The notes beneath the pieces were generated by a model, which was given only the letters and a program-made list of their open reading frames with translations, was not told the DNA's origin and searched no databases. Shown here piece by piece: positions 23,143 to 36,801 of a stretch of DNA of 64,000 bases; positions within the stretch are counted from its first letter, which is position 1; the number at the start of each line of letters is the position of its first letter. The stretch is taken from the NCBI GenBank assembly GCA_030295235.1, contig AP026126.1:1984001-2048000 (forward strand). The letters run 5' to 3'. This DNA comes from Fistulifera solaris (taxonomy: Eukaryota). The position numbers and the translations under genes are program-made.

Positions 23143-25759
23143 ATGTCATCGAACAAATCCTTGACCGACATGTCGACCAAAGTCGGCGGACGCGTCTTTC
23201 AACCGGCACTACCCGTCGTCGACGGCGCGCCTCCGACCACGATCGAACAAGGCTTTCAATCTACGTTACAAGAATACATTCAGGAAAACATTCCACTCGA
23301 ATCTCTAGAAGGCATTCAATTGCGAGAACGCGTATTGAATGAACTCGGTGCATTGTGTCGGGACTGGATTCGTTCGGTGTGTGTCAATAAAGGATTCGCG
23401 CCGGATATTGTCGACGGCGCCGGAGGGCAATTGTATACTTCAGGAAGTTATCGACTCGGTGTGCACGAACCGGGAGCCGATATTGATTGCATTCTCGTTG
23501 CTCCAGCGATGTGTCATCGACATGATTTCTTCGGGACCGCCGTAGCCGGAGCCAGTGACGATCATCCGCGTGATCCCAATTCACTAGCGGAACGCATTCG
23601 ACGACATCCGGAAGTCACTAACTTTGTGCCCGTCGAAGGAGCTGCTGTTCCTATTTTGACCTTTGATTGGTTAGGCATCAATATTGATTTACTATTCGCG
23701 CGTTTGAATATCAACTCAATTCCCTCCGGATTCGATATTGACAATGATGGGGTCTTGGATGGAGCGGATGGAGCCACGGAAAAATCACTCAACGGTCCGC
23801 GTGTTACCAATTTAATTGCAGCATTCGTAGGAGGTACACCCGAACGATACCAATCTTTCTTGACGGTCGTGCGATGTGTTCGTAAGTGGGCTAAAGCACG
23901 GGGTTTGTATAGCAACAAGATGGGATATTGGGGAGGTGTCAATTGCAATTTAGCGGTGGCACTTACCGTACAACTATATCCCAATGCGTGTCCTGCGACA
24001 TTGTTGCGTCGTTTCTTTCTCGTATTCAAAACATGGCGATGGCCACAGCCGGTGCTTTTGACGGCACCGCACGATGCGGGATACGGCTTGCCCGTGTGGA
24101 GTCCGTTGCAAGCGATGCGGCAAGTAGCGCCCATGATTACACCAGCTTATCCAGCCATGAACTCTACACTCGCCGTCTCGCGACAAACACTCCAAATTAT
24201 GACAGAAGAATTCAATCGGGGATATGAAATTGTTGATTCGTTGTGGAAAGAGTATCAGAGAGATAAGAATGCCCCACTCAACTGGGGTCGTTTGTTTGAA
24301 CCGTCCGACTTTTTCATTGCCTATCCGGTAAGCAACAGGTAGAATACTTTTTCCGGAGAAGTTCATATTGTCGGGCTCATTCAACTCATTTTGTTTTGTT
24401 CTTTCGATCCAAAGCGTTATTTGTCAATGTGTATCGTTGGTCCCACGCAAGAAGACGCGCAAGCATGGTACGTACACACTCAACGTTATGGTTGCTGTTC
24501 AATAGAGAAAACTAAACACCAGCAATCAATGTCTCTTTGAGAAAGGGCCGGTTTCGTGGAATCGCGACTGCGCAAATTGGTATCGGACGGATTAGCGCGA
24601 AGTTTACCCATTAAAAAGATTCAATTGTGGCCCAAAAAGTTCCAAGTCTGTATTGCCGACAAAAACGCCTTGCTGACAACGGCCCAACGTCAGAACTGTC
24701 TTACCTACTTTATTGGCTATCAAATTGATCCATATCGCATGCGCGGAAGCGATTTGAATGTTGAAATTCCTCTGCATAGCTTCCGTGAGTTCGAATTGAG
24801 CCGATTCCAACCTCTGGTACCAGGCATGGATATATTGGTTAAATCATTTTCTGTCAAAGAGCTTCCTTTGCTGTGCTTTGAGGATGTGGGTGGAAAATTG
24901 GTCGCGATGAAGAAAAAGACGGCTGTTGCGAGATTCTGATCCAGCTCGTATGGAACGGAGACGACAAAAACGATTGAAAGAATTGAAGGAGCAGATGGAA
25001 GAAAAGTTGAAGCGCCAGCAGATGAAGAAACGAAAGCGCACAAATGACGATGGCGATGAAGAGGACAATAGCGCAGTAAAAATAGAGGAGGAGCGCAATG
25101 CCGTCGTGGCAGAAACCCCAAGCGGAAAGGAGGAAACACCACAGGTGGAAGAGGAGGAAGCTAATCTTCTGGAAAACGCACTCGATGCAATGCAAGATGG
25201 TGGAGCGGAGGCCAACATTACCAAAACCAGGGAAGAAGCCGAAGCTGATCGACAACGTCTTTTGGCAGGTGAGATTTTGGACGAAGAAGGAGGAGGTTTT
25301 GAGGAAGATAGTGATGAGGAAGCTGGTTACATTGGGGATGGCGCTCGCGTTACATCTTTTGTGGTCAAAAAGAAGTCCACTCACAAAGATAAGCGCTCTC
25401 TGCCTTTGAGTGAACAGGAAGCTGAGGTTCTCAAGAATCTAGGATACTCCATCGTTAGCGACGACGAATGTAAAATCTTGGGAGCGAACATGCTGCCCCC
25501 CTGGAGAGCAAATGTTGTATCCATGGACGCCTTACCAAAGCCACGAAAGATATCCGCAAGATTCCATTTTCGTCGAAAATTTGATGTCATTGAACTCGAT
25601 GCCAATGGACACGTCATTGATAAGGGCGACGAAGACTTTAAGCCATGCAAAGCATGGGCAGGTCGTTTAGCTGGTTTTGAATTTAAAATGGGCGAGAGAG
25701 GTCTGGGATACTACCGAACTGGGAAAAAGGTAGTGGTTCCGTCGAACATGGCTTATTAG
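23143..25759 (+). CDS. PAP: Canonical nuclear poly(A) polymerase; introns 24328-24414 and 24468-24545; frameshift near 24915
   Basis: SGSYRLGVHEPGADIDCILVAP, IDLLFARL, SLNGPRVT, RCVRKWAKARGLYSNKMGYWGGVN, W.WPQPVLL, MITPAYPAMNST and spliced W|AGFVESRLRKL. Confidence 0.93.
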
Positions 25760-28162
25760 CATACTGCTGCATGGATCACGAGATGAGGCTAGTACATGCC
25801 AAGGCATATCCATTTCGATCTCTTTACTCTGTTTTCCTACCTTTGGGTTCAAGTAGAGCCGGTGTTCGTGTACAAGAGACGCTATTACTTGTGCGGTCTA
25901 AGTTCCGTGCAGCCGCCTTATTTCATGAGACGGACGCACACTCATCAGTTGTATTACTTATTTAATTTTTAGTTTACTTCGTTTCTGAATGAAGAAGTGA
26001 ATGAATGAAAGTTTGCATGAAGGTGCTGTGGTAAGAAATTAATGGCTACTTTGGAAGAATTTGAAGTGAATCCTAAGCATAAAGTGCGACACAACAAGAG
26101 GCGGAGAAACTAGAGCAAACACCAATCTACACAACCACGAAACCGCTTGAGCGCACAAAATTGGACAGTGTTAGATAGAGGAGATCCTCTGTCACCATTA
26201 CCCACCGCGCACACCCATCAGTTACTTTTAATTATTTGATTTTGAAATGAACATGTGTTAGCATGTAGGAGTTGTGGTCAATTTTTCATTGTGCTAGGAC
26301 ATATGGGGGACCCTTGCTAGTGCCCGTAACCGCTAACCTATTTCTAGGATAACTCATAAGCACCGCAAGAGCTCCGAAGACGTTAAGCAGATGTCAACAA
26401 GCGATCACAAACGCCCATGTATCCGGTTGGGAGCGGAAAGGCGAATGTGGCTTTCATAAGCTGCTCAGCGGGTGAACCCCAAACCCCGCTCAACCGTTAC
26501 CATTGCTTCACCAATCATCGGCGCACACAGTTCTTCGGCACGCCTCATGGATCCCACAACTCAGGTGAAGAACTTTTCCCAGCACAATGCTCCAACTGCG
26601 TGTTTTCCGGTAAGGCAAGAAGCCTCGCAAACAGGCAAGCGAATCGTCGAGACGACACGAGGTTCCCATTTTGCGAGACGACTCCTCCTTCCTCGGGACA
26701 TACGCACCACAACCCTTCATGCGCTCCCACTATGTATTCAACCATACGGTCCCAAGCTGTGATCGCAGGCCACAGCTTTGGCAACAACTGAATACGGGGA
26801 GGACATCAAACCTCTCTCAGTCGCCTTCGAGAGGAGATGTGAGAAGAAGAAGAACGCAGCGAAAAAGAGAGACGCAAATTCAGCGATGCTACTCCTATCG
26901 TAAAATCAAAATGTTGTTTGTGTTCACAAAATCAATTTAAAATCATTTAGGGAAAGCTATCTAAGTATTTCTGTCTTGAGCAACGGTTTTCTCCATGTGT
27001 TGGGATCCCACGACCCACGAAAGAATGTCATAGTATACGCATCTAGATATTTTCAATAATGATGAACGCAGCTGCGAGCCCGGCCTGCTCGTATCACACA
27101 AGCGGAATCCGCGTTTGAAATTCAAATTGAATAAGGGGGGAAATGGATGTTGGAGGCACGTTGTTCGCCTCGACGATGATGAACGAGACGATGGATGTTT
27201 TGTTTTTTTGTTTGACTCGTTCCTGCAATGTTTCAGTCCTGTTCTCTCGATCGCAAAGCATTGATGTGTAGCCTGTCTGCATGTCTGCGGCTGCGTGTCG
27301 CCGCTTGCAGCCGCAACGTTATTTTTTTCGTTTGAAAATGCAGAACTGTTGATCAAGCCATCACAAACTGAATCTTGTTTCTCTTTCGTAGAATGACGCT
27401 TGAATGCACGTGTAATTTCCGATATGGAGTCGAAGAAGCGTCCTCGCCGTTAACGATGGAGGCTTCCTTGGTTCACTTGAATGTTCCTTTGGAAGAAGAA
27501 TCCCGGGCGCGGAAGAAATCTGTTTGCTCAGAGTGGACGCGTCAAACAGAGAAATAATGGACTTGTGAAACTCCTCAATCGTGTTGCTGGGACTGTCTTT
27601 CGCGTCTGCAACAAGCTCTCGAGAAAAATACGGAACGGTTAGAGTACGAAAGTAATGTTTACGTGAATCATCACGCACAAACTCCTTGAACCAGACGACG
27701 CGGAACGATACAGTCGACAACTTTGTACATTAGACATTAGGAGCTTGAGCGCAAAGTCTCATTCGATCTTCTCTCATGTATTCGGACGGACCGCCTTCTT
27801 CCGGTTTGCTTTACGAAACTGCCAAGTATTTGGCCTTTTCGGGGGGTTCGACATGTTGTCATTGTACAATCCGATGATGAAATGGAGGACACAGAAGAGC
27901 ACTCGCGATGATATTGATCCTTGGAGCGTAATCACGTCGACGCCTGTGATTGATCCGCTAACAGGTAGTCTTTGCCCAGTTTTCTTAAAACTTTCCTTGA
28001 TAGACATCGTGAACAATATCGGAATGCACAGCTTAGTTGACCATGCCATATATCGCAATGGAAAATATTCTTATTAACTTCTATAATATTAAAATTTAAC
28101 CTGGGTTATCGCACGACCTGTGAAAGTAACATCAAGAGTCATAAAGATTCCTCTGAAGCTGT

Positions 28163-30235
28163 TCAACAGCATACAAAGGAGCTAAATTCATTATACGTGT
28201 TTGTTCTTTTCGTTTTCGTATCACTTCCGCCTGTTCGATGATTCGCGGAGGACAACCGACAAAGTGACGGCACTGAAGTTCGTCGACTCAAAGCTGCTTT
28301 TGGAAGCGAGGACGACCAACTTCTCACAGAAGCCAACAGCTTTTCTCCAAAATCATTAACGTGGCTGAAGAGGCTTGACCACTCCCGCTGTGAAACAAGA
28401 GATATTTGGAGAAAAGTCGCAACTGTCATGAGTGTCCCAACTATTCCGAAGGCGGTTTTTACACTGTAAAGCCAAGTGATTGTGTGAGCTGACCGATGAT
28501 CAAATTGTTAGAGTTCAAAGCTAATCCCTTTCACGCTTACCTGATTACATTCGTCGAGACGACACCTAACGCCACCGCAAAATTGACGATTACCCGAGGT
28601 AATGTCATGATGGAGGCACGTGCATTAGAGGGAAAGTAGAGGGATCGAATAACACCTTCACATGGTAAAAAGATTCCGATCATGAGCTCGTAAACTAAGA
28701 ATGCTGCAAGCGTGTTTGAGAAGGACAGAGAGCTTTCTTCTTGCACTAGTACAGGGACAAAAAGCAGCATTGTCGAAATCATGTAGCATGTTGCCGCAAG
28801 AACTTCGACGGACATGGGACGAATCGCAACAATACCTTCACCGTCAATTTCGATTGTTTGAATAGGAGCGTCGATATCATTGAGGGGTTGTACGACAGAA
28901 GTAACAAAACTTCTCAGTCTTGGTGCGAGTAAGCCGCCCGCGACTCCACAGGCCATGTATGCGCCAAAAATAAGCCCGTACGCAGGCTCACCGTCCTCAT
29001 CAAGGCCCCATGTTCCAGGCTTGGAAGTAGCTGAAAGTTGCCTCAAACAAGGAACCCAAAGGTAGACAAAGATTTGCAGGCATCCAGCTGTAAGCCCTTG
29101 TAAAATACCCACGCGTAACATCTTCGAATTGCTTGCATAAGCACATATGGCTTCGCGCAAGAAAACATACATGCTATTTCGTCTGGAAACTAAGCTTTCT
29201 TTCTTTTGCTCGTCGCACTCGGTACTTTGGCAATCGCTATTTTCTTTCTTCGCCGACCCGGAAGAGCCATAGTTCTCCGTCCAAACACAAAGCACAACAA
29301 TAAAAGCAATCACTGTACATGTTACTGCACCTCGAAACGGTCCAACGGCACCATATCGAGAGGCAAGGATGTGTGCGAGATAACCAGAGAAGATTGCAGC
29401 CAGATTACTGACAATCACAGAATCACGAAGAATGAGCTCATATTTTTCTTTCGGCAATCCCCGATTGCGATACTCGGTGTCCAACCAAGTTTCAAAGACC
29501 GTCATGAGAAGATTTGTAGTAAAACCTCCAATCATGCGGCTAGCAACAAGTCCAAAATAGAATGGATATTGTTCGAGTAAGTTGATGAACGCTTCCAGAC
29601 TGCAATAAAGAAGAGCTGCTTTCTTTCTTCCCATGTAATCGACTAAGGGGCCAGTGATAGGTGACATTAACCCGCCTGTTGCGAAGCCTAAGCAGTATAA
29701 CGTTGCAACGGAAAAGCCGTAGCTCTCGTAAAGGACATAGAGATGGGTACCTGTCATATTAAACACGATGGGAGTGAGAATCAGTTTGTGTGTCCTGCAA
29801 AGAAACGAAACACCACATTTACTCACCTTGCAACCCATCCGCCAGCATGATAACTAATGTAACTAACAAATACGTGATGCGAAGGATTTTGACCTGCGAT
29901 GTTAACTTCGCCGAGGACTCACAAAGAATGTTCGTTTGCTCAGTCGTTCCGCCCTTTTGGTCTAATGAAGTGACAGAAATATCATCGCTGGCTGCGGTAG
30001 AGTGCCTCGAGAGGTTACTAAGAGAACTTTGATCCGAAGAGCTTGTGTCTGACAAATAGTAATCTTCATCTTCTTCCGTGAGACTCTCTTGTTTGTTAAG
30101 CTTAGAGTGTGGACGAGTCTTGTTGTGATGAACGGCTAATTTGCTTTCCGAATCGATGTCTGCGGTAGCTTGATGGTGTGTATCGTTAACAGTATGCACA
30201 GCATCAATATCATCAAATGTAGGGGCGGCTGTCAT
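28163..30235 (-). CDS. MFSD5: MFS_5 molybdate-anion transporter family (MFSD5/MOT2-like); introns 29826-29751 and 28540-28464
   Basis: YLLVTLVIMLADGLQG|THLYVLYESYG, GPLVDYMGRKKA, TNLLMTVFETWL, FVYLWVP, YGLIFGAYM and LYFPSNARASIMTLPRV, with many hydrophobic helices. Confidence 0.85.
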
Positions 30236-31964
30236 TTCTTAAAAATAGATCCGAAACAGTATACGTTTTGCAGAATCAAAAGAGGCGACGGCGCATCAAC
30301 GTATCAGCAACTTATCATGAGGCTCAACTTTTCACAGAAAACAAGATTAGGCTGGATTTTCCTTTGCTTTTGGCTGGAGTTGATGGAGAGATATTTCAAG
30401 CTACGGTCGAAGTAGAGGTGCGATCGCGAACTTGTGATATCTTTATTTTGTGAATGCGAACGCTTCACTCAATATTCGAAAATTATCAATTCAACGCGTT
30501 GAAAAATATGCATTCCGTCATCCACAAGATCCACAAGCTCGTGCTTCATGGACAAAAACAAAAAACATGGCGCACAATCGAAACACACTACTATTTTATT
30601 ATAGCCCTCACGTGTACTTTCGGAAATTCTGCGCGCATGCCCATTATTGAAAGTAAAATTTAACAACGCGGACAAGAGGAGTCCTCTTAAATAATTTTTT
30701 ATCAAAACAAGTTGCTTAAACGATTCAGTACCGGTTTCTTGCGTCAAATAAGCTTTCTTGGATCGTGGAGGGAAAAAATGTAAGTAAAGATGACGTGCGC
30801 TTCTTTTCCACTATTAAATTTCGGTGCTCTACGTCATCGAGTCCGACATCACCAAAAAATTTCGCTCTCAGTAGTTAACCCATACGATTGCCACGTGTCC
30901 GTAATCTGTGTTTGAAGCTATTTAATCAATTTAGTACTTACCACTTGCCACGTATTTCGTACGGAGTATATTAGGGGGAGTCGAATCTGTACTCAAACTC
31001 TTGCCTCGTTGTTTGTGGTTTGATGAGAGGAACGAGGGATTTACAGATTTACATGAAACATTTCTCAAATCACAATTCTCAACGTAGTCTTACAGCTTCG
31101 CCAACTTAACTTGGTACCACTCACTGCACATCTGATAATCTAAGGACGAACCATCAATCTGCCACATGCCACGTGTTACCAAATAGGCTTGAAAGAGAAA
31201 TGCAGAGTTTGGTATTTGGTATCTTTATTATTGTTTAGCATTGGTTACCAGTTACCAGGTAAAAAGTTAAGGGTACGAAGTTAAGAGAGCTATCGGCATG
31301 CTGTGACCGGACAAAAACTGCTGTATCCTGTCAATTGTAGACAATCCGAATACTGGTTATTTTAGAAGTATACCTGGTAGTCGCAAACGAATTCCAAAAC
31401 CGATCCCGTTTCTCTCAGACCTTCTTGAATCCCGACTCCGACTGTCTCGGGTCACGGATGGTTCGTGATCGTATGGCTGGAACCGTATTCCCATGAGTAT
31501 GACTCACAAAGTAGACTTGGTTTTGCATTCTGATCTCTGATTCGCTGGAGTTGCTTCTTCGCCATTCGCCACCTGCTGCTGGTCTTCCACATGCACTTTG
31601 CGTAATCCAGTCTTTCAACCTCCGACGGCACACTTTCCACCAATAGGAAACGAGGACACTACACTGCAAGATAAACAAGGAACACGCATGTCTACGCAAC
31701 AACAGCAACAGAAGGCTTTTCCCTTTCGACGTATCCAATTTTATCATCGCGACAGAAAGTAACAATTGACGCAGCCGACACAACAACCAGAAGCAGATCG
31801 CGCACACACTTGGCCTGGTCTTTGTTGCAAAAAAATAAAGCGAACATTGAGTTACATCGGAACCCTCCAAATAACTTCGAATCATCGGATAATCCTAATA
31901 CCTACGCAAACGCCTCTTGCCGGAAAGGATTTTAGCCTTCTTTCAACATACTGTATCACTTCAA

Positions 31965-34618
31965 ATGAATGATTATTCCATGCCGATCATACACCCGCCT
32001 GATTCGCCAGGACTGACGTCTACTTCAGAGGAAGATGAGAGCAAAGAATCCTCCAATTCACATTCAAACGGGGCCACTCAATTGCTTGTCCCCGCATGTA
32101 TCTCATCGGAAGTTAGCAGCGGCCCTGGCTCCACTTATTGTCGACAAACGAGAGAAAGTGTATTGCAAAGACTGTCAGAGGCATTGTTAAGGCGGTCATT
32201 AATCAAGGTACGTTCGGAAAGACGTCTACATTTGCTGTCTCAAAGCTTATTGATTTACTCTTCATTCCGTTATCTTTCTATTTAATTTCGTTTCTTATCC
32301 TTTCCTTCTTCCAGATCGATTTATCGCAACGTGGCTTACAACCCACGGACGCAAGGCTCGTCAAAATGGCCCTGCTGCAAAATGCTCACGTACTGGTGCT
32401 CAAGCTCGGATACAATCATCTGGGAGATCGAGGTGCCACAATCCTCGCGGATGGCATCGCCAAGCATCCAGGCTTGGAATCGCTTGACTTGGGGTTTAAC
32501 GATGTGGGAGACGAGGGCTGTCAAGCATTGGCCAGTGCAATCGGACCCAACTTGCACACTCTCTACTTGGCGGGAAACTTGATTGGCCAAGATGGAGCTT
32601 TTGCATTGGCGGATCTTATTCGACGAACAGGTGCCCTGAAGAAGCTTTATTTGACTGGAAATAGACTTACTGGCGAAGGGGTTGCTGCTATAACTGAGGC
32701 CATGCTCGACAACGAGTCCGATATTTCAAATGTAGGCGTGGAAGAAAAGAAAGCCACAAGTCGCGAAGAAGAAAGAGCTACCTTAGACAGCTCAAGTGAG
32801 ACGACAAGGGGAACAGAAGAGCTTTTTATAGGGGGCACTGACATGGGGAGAATCGGATGTCATGCAGTAGGACGGCTCTTGGCGAATTCATCGCACTTAC
32901 GTGTGCTTTCGTTAACTGGGTGCGACTTTGGCGACAGCTCTACAAAGACTCTGGCTTCAAGCATTAAGTCGAATCGGAACAACGTTCAACTTGAGACGTT
33001 ACAACTCTCGTTTAACCGTGTAGGTTGCAAGGGTATGGAATACTTGTCCAATGCTATTTGGGGATTGCATTCTTTAAGAGAACTACGGCTAGATAACAAT
33101 AGGATTGGTGAGCAGGGGGTTCAACATCTTGCCGGAGTCTTACCTACATTGCCATCACTTGAAACACTTGACATTGGATTTAATGCCATCAAGACTAGAG
33201 GGATTATTTTATTGATGAAATCGATTGCGGATAGTACAGTCATGAAAAGTCTATCGATATCAGGGAACAAGGTCGACGCCAACGCTGCAAAAGCTCTGAC
33301 TTATGCCTTAGCATACAGTCCTTCGCTAACATCACTAGCGGTAGAAGGCTGTGATATAAGATCTGACTGTCAGCGGCAGATTGTTTCGGGTATCTTTTCA
33401 AACAGCAGGACTTCCATGCGCTCTTTGGCTGGATTCGCCGTAGGACCAGTAATCGCATTTTTAGGCTTTCCAGCTCCAATCGAGCATTGGAGCAACGAGC
33501 AAGTATTTAATTTTATCCACTTGATCTGGTCTGATCAGAATGAAGACGAAGAGGAGAAAACCACTGACCCACTGAACTTTCTAGATAACGATGACCGTAG
33601 CAAACCCATGCCGGTAGAAGCATCGATTGTTATTGAACTGGCGCGAAAAACTTTCGCATCTCTTGTTGAAGATGGAGTCGATATTTTTTCAAAGCCTGCT
33701 CCTCCTAAGCAAGCGAGCTCGCCTCTTGTTGGCGATACGATAATGCTTGAGTCAGTCGATCTTCTCCTTCAAGAAGGATCAGGCAGATCCGGTCGGGACA
33801 TTCCTTGTCCTGGAAAAAGCAAGTCGTTCGTTGCGGCTCCAGAGGCATCGCAATCAAAGCAGCTACCACCTGACCCCGCGAGGAAGAAGCGCATTGTGGA
33901 ATGGCTTTGCCAGAACATGCCTTTTTGAACAAAGTTTCACAGCAACCCTTTAGTTCATCTGAACTAGCTCGTCTTCATCAGTATTATTTTGCTCCTGTCG
34001 TCAATGAGGAGTGGAGGAGGTACGCCCGCACCGCCACAAGATGTCACGGTAGGTGGCCCTTTATCCATGTCCGTACCGGGCATGCAAACAGCAGAAAACA
34101 CAGAAACGTTTCCGGCAAATAATCAAAACCTTTTATTGATTTGTGACAAAGGATCGCCAAAGAACGGCATCACCTCGATGCCGACCCTGATGAAGCGCAA
34201 AGTTTCTTATCGATTTCTCGGCGATGCTGCACTGGCCTCGGCCCCACGTCTCGACTCGGAGGGCAGTACGACTCCGACTCCACACACAATCATCGCTGAT
34301 GAATTGAAGAGCCAAGCAAGCTCAGCTGCCACGTTGATTGAAAAAGGCCCTACAATGCAAAGTCTCCCTCCTAAGTCGAAACGTGCGCGACGCAACCGTT
34401 CTAGGATATCCTTCCTCCCAAAGATCAAAGACAGGCTAGATGCCTACTTGGACATGAACCATGAAAAGGCTCTGAAAACGATGCGACAGCTATACTTTGT
34501 CGAGCAAGCTATTCTGTCGGGTCAAGTGAATCCCATTGACCCCATCAAAACAGTTCGGACCCATCTCTGCGGTGACAATGCTACGGATGCCGAGACCATC
34601 ATAGTGGATATGATTTGA
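31965..34618 (+). CDS. RNI-like leucine-rich-repeat protein; intron 32208-32314; frameshifts near 33920 and 34020
   Basis: Repeated 28-aa LxxLxLxxNxIGxxGxxxLA units such as LKLGYNHLGDRGATILA, LDLGFNDVGDEGCQALA and LRLDNNRIGEQGVQHLA. Confidence 0.85.
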
Positions 34619-35078
34619 ATGCACGCATTTCCTTTTATAGTAATATGAGTGTAAATGCTTCTGTAACTTTTCATTCTGTCTCAACACTTGGCTAACTCGA
34701 GTTTTCTGTTCATGGGAAGAAAGAAATGTCTTCTCCACGTTTTTTCCATTGTAAATACCGATACCGACGAACGGTATTTAACGTCAATGATCGAGCTGTT
34801 ATTGCCTTGGTGATTGCAAATGTAAATCATCATAAGTTTCGGAAGCGCAAATAGCAAAGCAATGGCTTGTGGGAAAATAATGTATTCGCGGGAACGCGAG
34901 AAAGACAAGAACGAGCAATGCACTGTTTTGACGCGTGGCTGAATTCAGTCTTGTTTCCGTGGTGGAACACTTTGGCCGACAGTGACTTTACGGATTTTCG
35001 ACGGAGATGATGATGCAATGATGATGATTTGCATTGCAAACTTGAAAACATGTTTACTTCTTGTAAAAAAGTCAAACA

Positions 35079-35858
35079 ATGATCGTAATAGAAACCAAAC
35101 CGTACCTGTTCTTTCTTTCTGTTTATCTGGTTCGCATGAGTGCGGGACTGGAGAAAAGTATCCTATTGATTCGACATGGCTGCACACACATGAATGAGTA
35201 TTTAGGGGAAACACATTTCGTTCGGTGCACCTCATTTTACCGATGTTTTTGAGGATACAAACGAACGAGATACATATTATCGAGACTCACCGTTGTCACC
35301 ACGAGGAGTTCGACAAGCTCAGGAGCTATCAAAGCGAGCGGGTTCTATGTTAATGAATGATTGTGATTTGGTGGTAACTAGCCCTTTGACAAGGGCGCTA
35401 CAGACTACGGTAATTGGTTTCGGAAATCATATTCAACCTGATACGCCCATTATCGCTCTTCCTCAGGCAGCGGAACGACTTTATTTGATATCGGATCAAG
35501 GGAAACCCCGTCATCAATTACAAAAGCGTTTCCCCGCGTCGATTTCGACACCGCGTTTGAAAATCACGACACAGATCAATGGTGGTTCACACCGAATCAT
35601 TCACAAAACTACGTCGAATGGCGACCGACCGGTCGTGGTCAAAAGTATGCGTGCCCTGGTGAGCCGCAGCAAGACTTTGACAATCGCATGCAAGCATTAA
35701 TGGAGTGGTTAGATTCTCGCGAAGAACGAACCATCGCTCTCGTGTGTCACTGGGGCGTCATCGATTGGATGCTTAATACGGATTTTGATAATTGTCAATG
35801 GAGAAAAGTGCCGTTTTCAGTGTTGTTGGAAAAGACAGCTCGGTCTCGGACGTCCTAG
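35079..35858 (+). CDS. Histidine phosphatase / phosphoglycerate-mutase-like protein; frameshifts near 35210 and 35530; start 35079 or 35136
   Basis: Read from the DNA: KSILLIRHG (RHG motif, about 35160-35180), DSPLSPRG, VVTSPLTRALQT and IALVCHWGVI, with stop TAG at 35856-35858. Confidence 0.8.
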
Positions 35859-35934
35859 AAGTGAAAAAATGTTGTTGATAGATGATCAAGATGATCAAGT
35901 ACTCTATAGTACAAACCATGTTGTTCCTTTGACT

Positions 35935-36801
35935 TTATCCTAATTGACAATTACATCGTCCCAGGAACTCGACAACATCCATGAGATCATTCAATACAAT
36001 AGCGCCTCTTCGCTGCCATTCTTGTGCGACATCCCCTTCATTGTAACGATTCAACAAGACGGCGTGCATTCCAGCTCGTTTCGCCCCTTCAAAATCTTTG
36101 GCGTAGTCATTCCCAATGTGCAAAACGTGCCCGGGGAGCAACGGATCCTTGGAAGATCCAGGATGATGCAAGTAGCGCTCTGCCTGTTGCATCGCTGCTA
36201 AAAAGAAACGACCATCGGGTTTCTCGAATCCCCAATCTTTACTAAAACACATGAATTGCAGTTCGTCGTGCGTGAGACCCAACATGGGCAAAATCGAGTC
36301 GCCGTACCGTTCATCGGCATTACTCAAGATTCCACAGACAATGTTCTTCCGTTGCACCCAATGTAAAAACGGCAACGTATCTTTAAACTTTTCGTAAGCT
36401 TTCAAACTCCCAAATAACGAATAAATTCGTTGAAAGACCGTGTCTTGTTGTTCCGGTGTGAGTGTCGTCCCCGAATGAGCAAACGACCGTAAGACGACTA
36501 ACTTCCACCATTCTTTGGCGGTCATCATATTACTACCAAAGCAGGGATATTCGCGACACATTTCGCGATACGCTCTAGCAAAACTCCGTTCAAACGACGT
36601 TCCTTGGGGTATTTGCACGCCACATTTTGCCGCGGATCCCAAATAATGATCCGATAAGGAACCGCGAAAGGATACGAGAGTTCCAGTGACGTCGGTCGTA
36701 ATGACACGGATCCGTCGGGGGAATTCTTTGGCCCAAGTTGCCAGGCGACGGCAAGAATGGCGTGTAAATGTAGGATTTTGTAAGACTTGAATCGACCACA
36801 T
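35935..36801 (-). CDS. HDHD3: HAD-superfamily hydrolase, HDHD3/REG-2-like
   Basis: TDVTGTL (motif I), GILSNADER (motif II), EKPDGRFF (motif III) and HIGNDYAKDFEGAKRAGMHAVLL (motif IV). Confidence 0.85.
   Translation of the reverse strand: MWSIQVLQNPTFTRHSCRRLATWAKEFPRRIRVITTDVTGTLVSFRGSLSDHYLGSAAKCGVQIPQGTSFERSFARAYREMCREYPCFGSNMMTAKEWWKLVVLRSFAHSGTTLTPEQQDTVFQRIYSLFGSLKAYEKFKDTLPFLHWVQRKNIVCGILSNADERYGDSILPMLGLTHDELQFMCFSKDWGFEKPDGRFFLAAMQQAERYLHHPGSSKDPLLPGHVLHIGNDYAKDFEGAKRAGMHAVLLNRYNEGDVAQEWQRRGAIVLNDLMDVVEFLGRCNCQLG

Noticed and set aside
26169..26760. Possible LTR (tgttaga...aaca) and an integrase-like peptide LLPRDIRTTTLHAL
   Set aside because: No second LTR, PBS, PPT or catalytic motifs; similarity is too weak to call.
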